Shown: one piece after another, positions 58,949 to 64,000 of the stretch | Position numbering within the stretch: the stretch's first letter is position 1 | Layout: each line of letters opens with the position of its first letter | From: Ascoidea asiatica JCM 7603 | Taxonomy: Eukaryota; Fungi; Ascomycota | Assembly: GCA_001600695.1 (NCBI GenBank) | Contig: BCKQ01000001.1 | Location: 1,405,950-1,469,949 of the forward strand | Reading direction: 5' to 3' | DNA: 64,000 bases | Notes under the pieces: model-generated | Told to the model about the DNA's origin: nothing | Seen by the model: only the letters and a program-made list of their open reading frames with translations | Databases searched by the model: none | Position numbers and translations under genes: made by a program

Positions 58949-59607
58949 AATTAGAACTTATCGATTATTGATAAAATATAAGAGATGTGTAAATTACTAT
59001 AACTACTTAATTGTTAATTGATTGAAATGTATGAATTAATAAATATTATTAGTTATAAAAATGAGATTATGAAACAATTTTTAATTAATTCTTGAAAAAG
59101 GAAAGAAGAAGAAAAATAAAAGTGAAAACATAAAGTATATATACATGTAATATGCGAAACTCATTATAAAACTATTTTCATTCATTATAAGATTTAATTC
59201 ATATAAAAATTTAATTTATAAAGCTTTTCTTATCAAATTTATTGAGATTTTAAATCTTAGTAATAGTAATTGGATCATAATCATTATAAATTTCATCATG
59301 TCATAACTAAACAAATCTTTTCGTCATTGAGCAATCAAAAAAAAAATAAAAAAAGGATTATAGAGTTATATTCATTTCATTGATTTCACTGGTTGATTTG
59401 AATTGCTTTGATTGAATTGCTTTGATTGAATTGCTCTAAATAAATATGCTAAAAGCTTAAAGTCTTTTGTTTCCTTTGCATTTATTGACATTCGAAGGAA
59501 AATGGAGAAAAAATGGAATTTAAAATCTTAAAATGAAGGAGACCCAGATTATTGGTCTCAATGCAATTTATATATATATATTTTTATATATTTTTTTAAA
59601 TATTTTT

Positions 59608-62099
59608 TTAATATTCATAATAATTATCATAAATTGAATGAGCTATTCTTTCACCATTTTTATTTTTAATAATTTTGAAATAAATATTATTCAATACTAA
59701 AATATCTAATTTTGGTAATTCATCAACAATTTTTTCAACAATTGGTCTTATAGTATGAATAAAACTTGTAATAATAAGATCTAATTCATGACCATTACAA
59801 TTACAAATTTTTGAAATTGGTTTTAAATTTGAAGAATTACAATTTGATGGAGAAATATGATTTAAAGAAGAATGTAAATCAATTGGATAATATTTTGGAG
59901 GATAATCTAAATAATCTAAAAATGAACCAGATTGTAAACTATTATTTTGATAAACATTTTCTTTACTATTTAAATTTTCTTTTTTTGAAATTAAATTTGA
60001 ATCTCTTAATTCAGAATAAATTTTATCTAAAAATGAACTTTCTAAAGTATCTGAACATAATTTATTAAAAAAACTTAATTTTGAACGTTGAAGTACATTA
60101 AATGAAACTTGAGATCTTGATAAAAGATAATTTAAAACAAATAAATAAATATAACTTAAACCATTATCATTATATAAAGAATTTAAAGAATTTGAAGTAG
60201 ATGAAGGATTTGTAGAAGAAGTTGAATATAAATATTTTGAAATATCTGAATTTGGTTTAAAGAATTGTAAAGATTTAAAATTTGAAATTTTAAAATTTGT
60301 TAATTTACAATGTAAACAATTACAATTTTTAAAAACTAAATCTTTAAAATTTTTATTCATTAATTGACCAAAATAAATTTGAATAAAATCAGGAATAATT
60401 AAGAATTTTAAATTTTTTTGATTTAAAATCCATTTATTAAAAATAAATTTAAAAGCAGTATAATTAAAAGTTGAATTTGCAATATCACTTTCAATCATTT
60501 TATTAAAATTTTCAGAATCTGGATCTAAATCTGAGATTAAAATTCTTGAATTTTGAGGTTGAATTAAATTTGCATTTATAAAATTATTTGTATTTGTATG
60601 AGAATTTGTATTTATATTAGTATTTGTATTTATATTTGTATTTATATTTGTATTTTGATTTAAATTAAAATCTGCATTTCTAAAATTAATAATATTATCA
60701 TGAATAATTGAAAAAAAATCATTTGAATTTTCAAATTGTAAATTAAGATTTGAAAAAGGTAATGAAGGATTTGATAAATTTAAAAAATTATCATTTTGTA
60801 AAATTAAATCATCATTTAAATCATTTGAAAATTTTAATTTTGAATTAATTAATTCTAAATTAAAAGTATCAATTTTTGGATTTAAATAAATTAGAAGAAA
60901 ATTTAAATTTTTTGAAGGAATTTCATTTAAGAAAAAAGTTCTTAAATATTTTTCCCAATTAATAATTGAAGTATTTAAATTATTTAAGTTTAAATTTGAT
61001 GAAAAATTTTTAAATAAAATATCATTAATTGATTGAAAAGATAATAATTTATAAATAACTAATTTTTTTAAATTTAATAATTTTGGAGCTAATTTTTTAA
61101 AAAATTTTAAAATACAATTACAATTTAAAACTATACAATCAATTCTTAATTCTAAATTTGATAAAATTTTTAAATTTATTGAATTATTTAAAATTTCAAA
61201 ATTTAAAATATTTGTATTTAAATTTTTTAAATCATATTCATTAAGATTTAAATTTGAATTTAAATTAAAATCATTAAAATTATTATTAAATTTATTTAAA
61301 GAATGTAAATTTGTTAATAAAAATGAATTTAAATTTAATTTTTTAAAAGTTTTAAGAGTTTTAAAATTTTTTAAATTTAATAAAATTTTTAAAAATTTTA
61401 AACCATTTGAAATTGGATAATCATAATTTAATGGTATTAAATTTGAATTAATATCTAAAATTAAATTTGAATAAGTATAAATTTGTAAATTAATAATTTT
61501 ATTTAATAATTTTAAACCAGATTTTTTTAAAAATTTTGGATATTTAAATTTATTTGAAAATTGAATAATTTGTAAAGTATTTAAATTTTTTGTTGGAATT
61601 GATAATTTTATAGTTGATAAAGAAATTAAATTTTGTAAAGATGAAGAATTATTAATTTTAAATTGATTAAAATAGATTGAATTATATAATTTAATTAAAT
61701 TATCATTATCATTATCATTATCATTATCATTATTGGTAGTGGTAGTGGTGGTGGTGGGAGTGGGAGATGTATTAAATTGATGAAGAATTAAGAAAGATTT
61801 AAAAGTTTTAATATTTGCATTATGAATTGATAAAATTTTAATTAATTTAATTAAAATTGGTAAAGATTGTAAGAAATATTGATCATTATATAAAGATAAA
61901 ATTAATGGATTACCAGTTATTAAAATATGATTAAGATATTTAATATTATTTGAAGATTTATTTGATAAAGAATTAAATAAAGATAACCATTTTTGTAAAA
62001 TTAAAGAATTATGAATTTTAATATAATTTAAATTAATTTTTATTACTGACCAATTATTTTTAATTTGATTTGAATAATCAAAATCATAATTTGTTTTTG

Positions 62100-62135
<36 letters not shown>

Positions 62136-62355
62136 ATATTGGTTGTAAAGTTAAAGTATCAGATAATAATATTTTTGAATATAATTTTTTTTTAACTAAA
62201 GTTGAAATTCTCTTATTTGATACACATAAGTTACATAAAGATTCTTGATCTAAGAAATAAATGATTAAAATTATAATATTAATTGGTAAATCATTTAATG
62301 AGTGAGGTAATGGAATTGAATTATAATCATGGATATATTTATCATTTTGAAGCAT
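59608..62355 (-). CDS. F-box protein
   Basis: The first ATG is at 62355. F-box LNDLPINIIILIIYFLDQESLCNLCVSNKRISTLVKKKLYSKI; Leu-rich (LRR-like) body; scattered Cys clusters. Confidence 0.8.
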
Positions 62356-62405
62356 TGGTTGTAATAAGAGATTAATCAATTGAGGCTTCTTTGCTATCTA
62401 ATCAT

Positions 62406-62461
62406 CAGTCTCCAGTCTCCAGTCTCCAGTCTCCAGTCTCCAGTCTCTAGTCTCTAGTCTC
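62406..62461. repeat. (CAGTCTC/TAGTCTC)n heptamer repeat
   Basis: About 8 tandem copies just upstream of the F-box gene. Confidence 0.9.
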
Positions 62462-62606
62462 TATATCTCTGTCTTTGATATATTATGTATATCTCTATTG
62501 AATGTATTGTATCTATCACATTTATTATCATTCATAAACCTTTATTTATTTCATTTGATAATTTCTGTCTTCAGCGGTTATTCCATTTTTATCTGATCTA
62601 AAATTT

Positions 62607-62692
62607 GCACGTGCACTACCGAGGCCATGTCCACGGGTGTTCTTGCCGCACGTGCACCACCGAGGCCATGTTTACGGGTGTTCTTGCCGCAC
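62607..62692. repeat. 41-bp GC-rich tandem duplication (2 copies plus a partial)
   Basis: GCACGTGCACTACCGAGGCCATGTCCACGGGTGTTCTTGCC and GCACGTGCACCACCGAGGCCATGTTTACGGGTGTTCTTGCC differ at 3 positions. Confidence 0.92.
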
Positions 62693-63290
62693 ATCAACCC
62701 GCGGCTCTCCACACCACTCTGCATACACCACTCCCCTTCTTCTGGTCTCACCCAGGTCATGCTTTTCTGTCATCTTCTCCTTCTCCTTCTCTCCTTCTCC
62801 TTCTCCTCCCCTGTGTATCCTCCCTTCCCTCATCCTCCCTCATTCTCCCTCAAATTCTTGTTTCTTTCTTCTTCAGTGCCTTGCTTCAGCTTTGTGAGCA
62901 ATGACGACTGCTCTGCTCTGCTCTGCCCTGGCTGTTGCTGCCCTTTCATTGGCTCTCTCTCGCTTTTATCTATTTTCTATCATCTTCACTTCTCTTTCTT
63001 AAACAATTATCGACTTAAATCTTCTTTTCAATTCAATTCTATTCAATTCAATTCTATTTACTCGCTTTAAAGATATAACCTTTTTTATTCCTATTTCTCT
63101 TATAAATATCAATAGCAATATCCAAATTATCTCAATTCACTTTTCATTCAATCTAATTTCAATTCAAATGTCTTTTATAACTCAATTAATTATATATAAT
63201 TTTCATTTATTCATATTCTTCAATTACTTTTCATACTTTCAAATCTATAATATCTATAATATCTATAATATAATAATATAATAATAAATA

Positions 63291-64000
63291 ATGTCTTCAA
63301 ATTCAAATTCAAATTCAAATTCAAAATCAAAATCTGATTCTAAATCACAATCTCAATCACAATCATTACCAAAACCATCACCAGATTTAATTAAAAATAA
63401 TGAAAATATCTTAGATTTATTTTCTTTAAAAGGTAAAACTGCTTCTATAACAGGTTCATCATCAGGTATAGGTTTAGCAATTGCAGAAAGTTTTGCACAA
63501 GCTGGTGCAAATATTGCAATTTGGTATAATTCAAAATCAATTGCAATTGAAATTGCAAAAAAATTATCAAAAAAATATAATATTAAAGTTATTGCTTATA
63601 AATGTCCAATTGATAATTCAAAATTAATTGAAAAAACTATAAATCAACAATTAAAAGATTTTAATGGTAAAATTGATATATTTATTGCAAATGCTGGAAT
63701 TTCTTGGAATTATGGTGATATAATTAATCAAATTAATGATGATTATTGGTTAAATTTAATTAATTTAAATTTAAATAGTGTTTATTATTGTTCAAAATAT
63801 ATTGGTAAAATTTTTAAAAATCAAAATTTTGGTTCTTTAATTTTAACTGCTTCAATGTCTGCTCATATTGTTAATTATCCTCAAAGACAAGCTTGTTATA
63901 ATGCTTCAAAAGCTGCTGTTTTACATTTATCAAAATCTTTAGCTATTGAATGGTCTGAATTTAATGCAAGAGTAAATTCTGTTTCTCCAGGTTATATTTC
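63291..64000 (+). CDS. Short-chain dehydrogenase, sorbose reductase/mannitol dehydrogenase (Sou1/Sou2-like); 3'-partial
   Basis: Not in the ORF track because it runs off the window. ILDLFSLKGKTASITGSSSGIG, IAIWYNS, FIANAG, TASMSAHIVNYPQRQACYNASKA (YxxxK), LAIEW..ARVNSVSPGYI. Confidence 0.9.
   Translation, partial: MSSNSNSNSNSKSKSDSKSQSQSQSLPKPSPDLIKNNENILDLFSLKGKTASITGSSSGIGLAIAESFAQAGANIAIWYNSKSIAIEIAKKLSKKYNIKVIAYKCPIDNSKLIEKTINQQLKDFNGKIDIFIANAGISWNYGDIINQINDDYWLNLINLNLNSVYYCSKYIGKIFKNQNFGSLILTASMSAHIVNYPQRQACYNASKAAVLHLSKSLAIEWSEFNARVNSVSPGYI

Noticed and set aside
62607-62692. Repeat considered as a CRISPR array
   Set aside because: Eukaryotic context, contiguous tandem copies with no spacers, and no cas genes.
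62578-63070. Four overlapping short ORFs
   Set aside because: Stop codons are depleted in a GC/pyrimidine-rich promoter island; codon use is unlike host genes and there are no recognisable motifs.

Overview
A very AT-rich budding-yeast (Saccharomycotina) chromosomal segment; the species cannot be fixed from sequence alone. It holds 22 protein-coding genes. Recognisable ones are YPT7, GUK1, RAD52, HEM2, ECM32, EFM2, RPL7, PSF2, ARG2, SRP72, COQ8, CDC14, RPL40, YTP1 and a partial SOU1-type short-chain dehydrogenase. Others are a PITH-domain gene, a MER1-like KH gene, an Alba/Pop6-like gene, a Medusa(MedA)-like regulator, an F-box gene and three low-complexity hypotheticals. Five genes need introns that the ORF track misses: gene 1, GUK1, RPL7 (two introns), RPL40 and the 55-59 kb membrane protein. 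RPL7 intron 2 hosts a box C/D snoRNA of the snR39/snR59 type. I found no tRNA, rRNA, transposon or CRISPR. The most unusual signals are (i) sharply bounded GC-rich islands at promoters that spill into synonymous sites of neighbouring gene 3' ends (HEM2, ARG2), (ii) a ~9.8 kb ORF-free region upstream of the Medusa-like regulator, (iii) an extended MER1-like splicing activator, (iv) an in-frame upstream ATG that could give GUK1 a mitochondrial presequence, and (v) several structured or repeated non-coding elements. Gene identities come from recalled family motifs, not from database searches.
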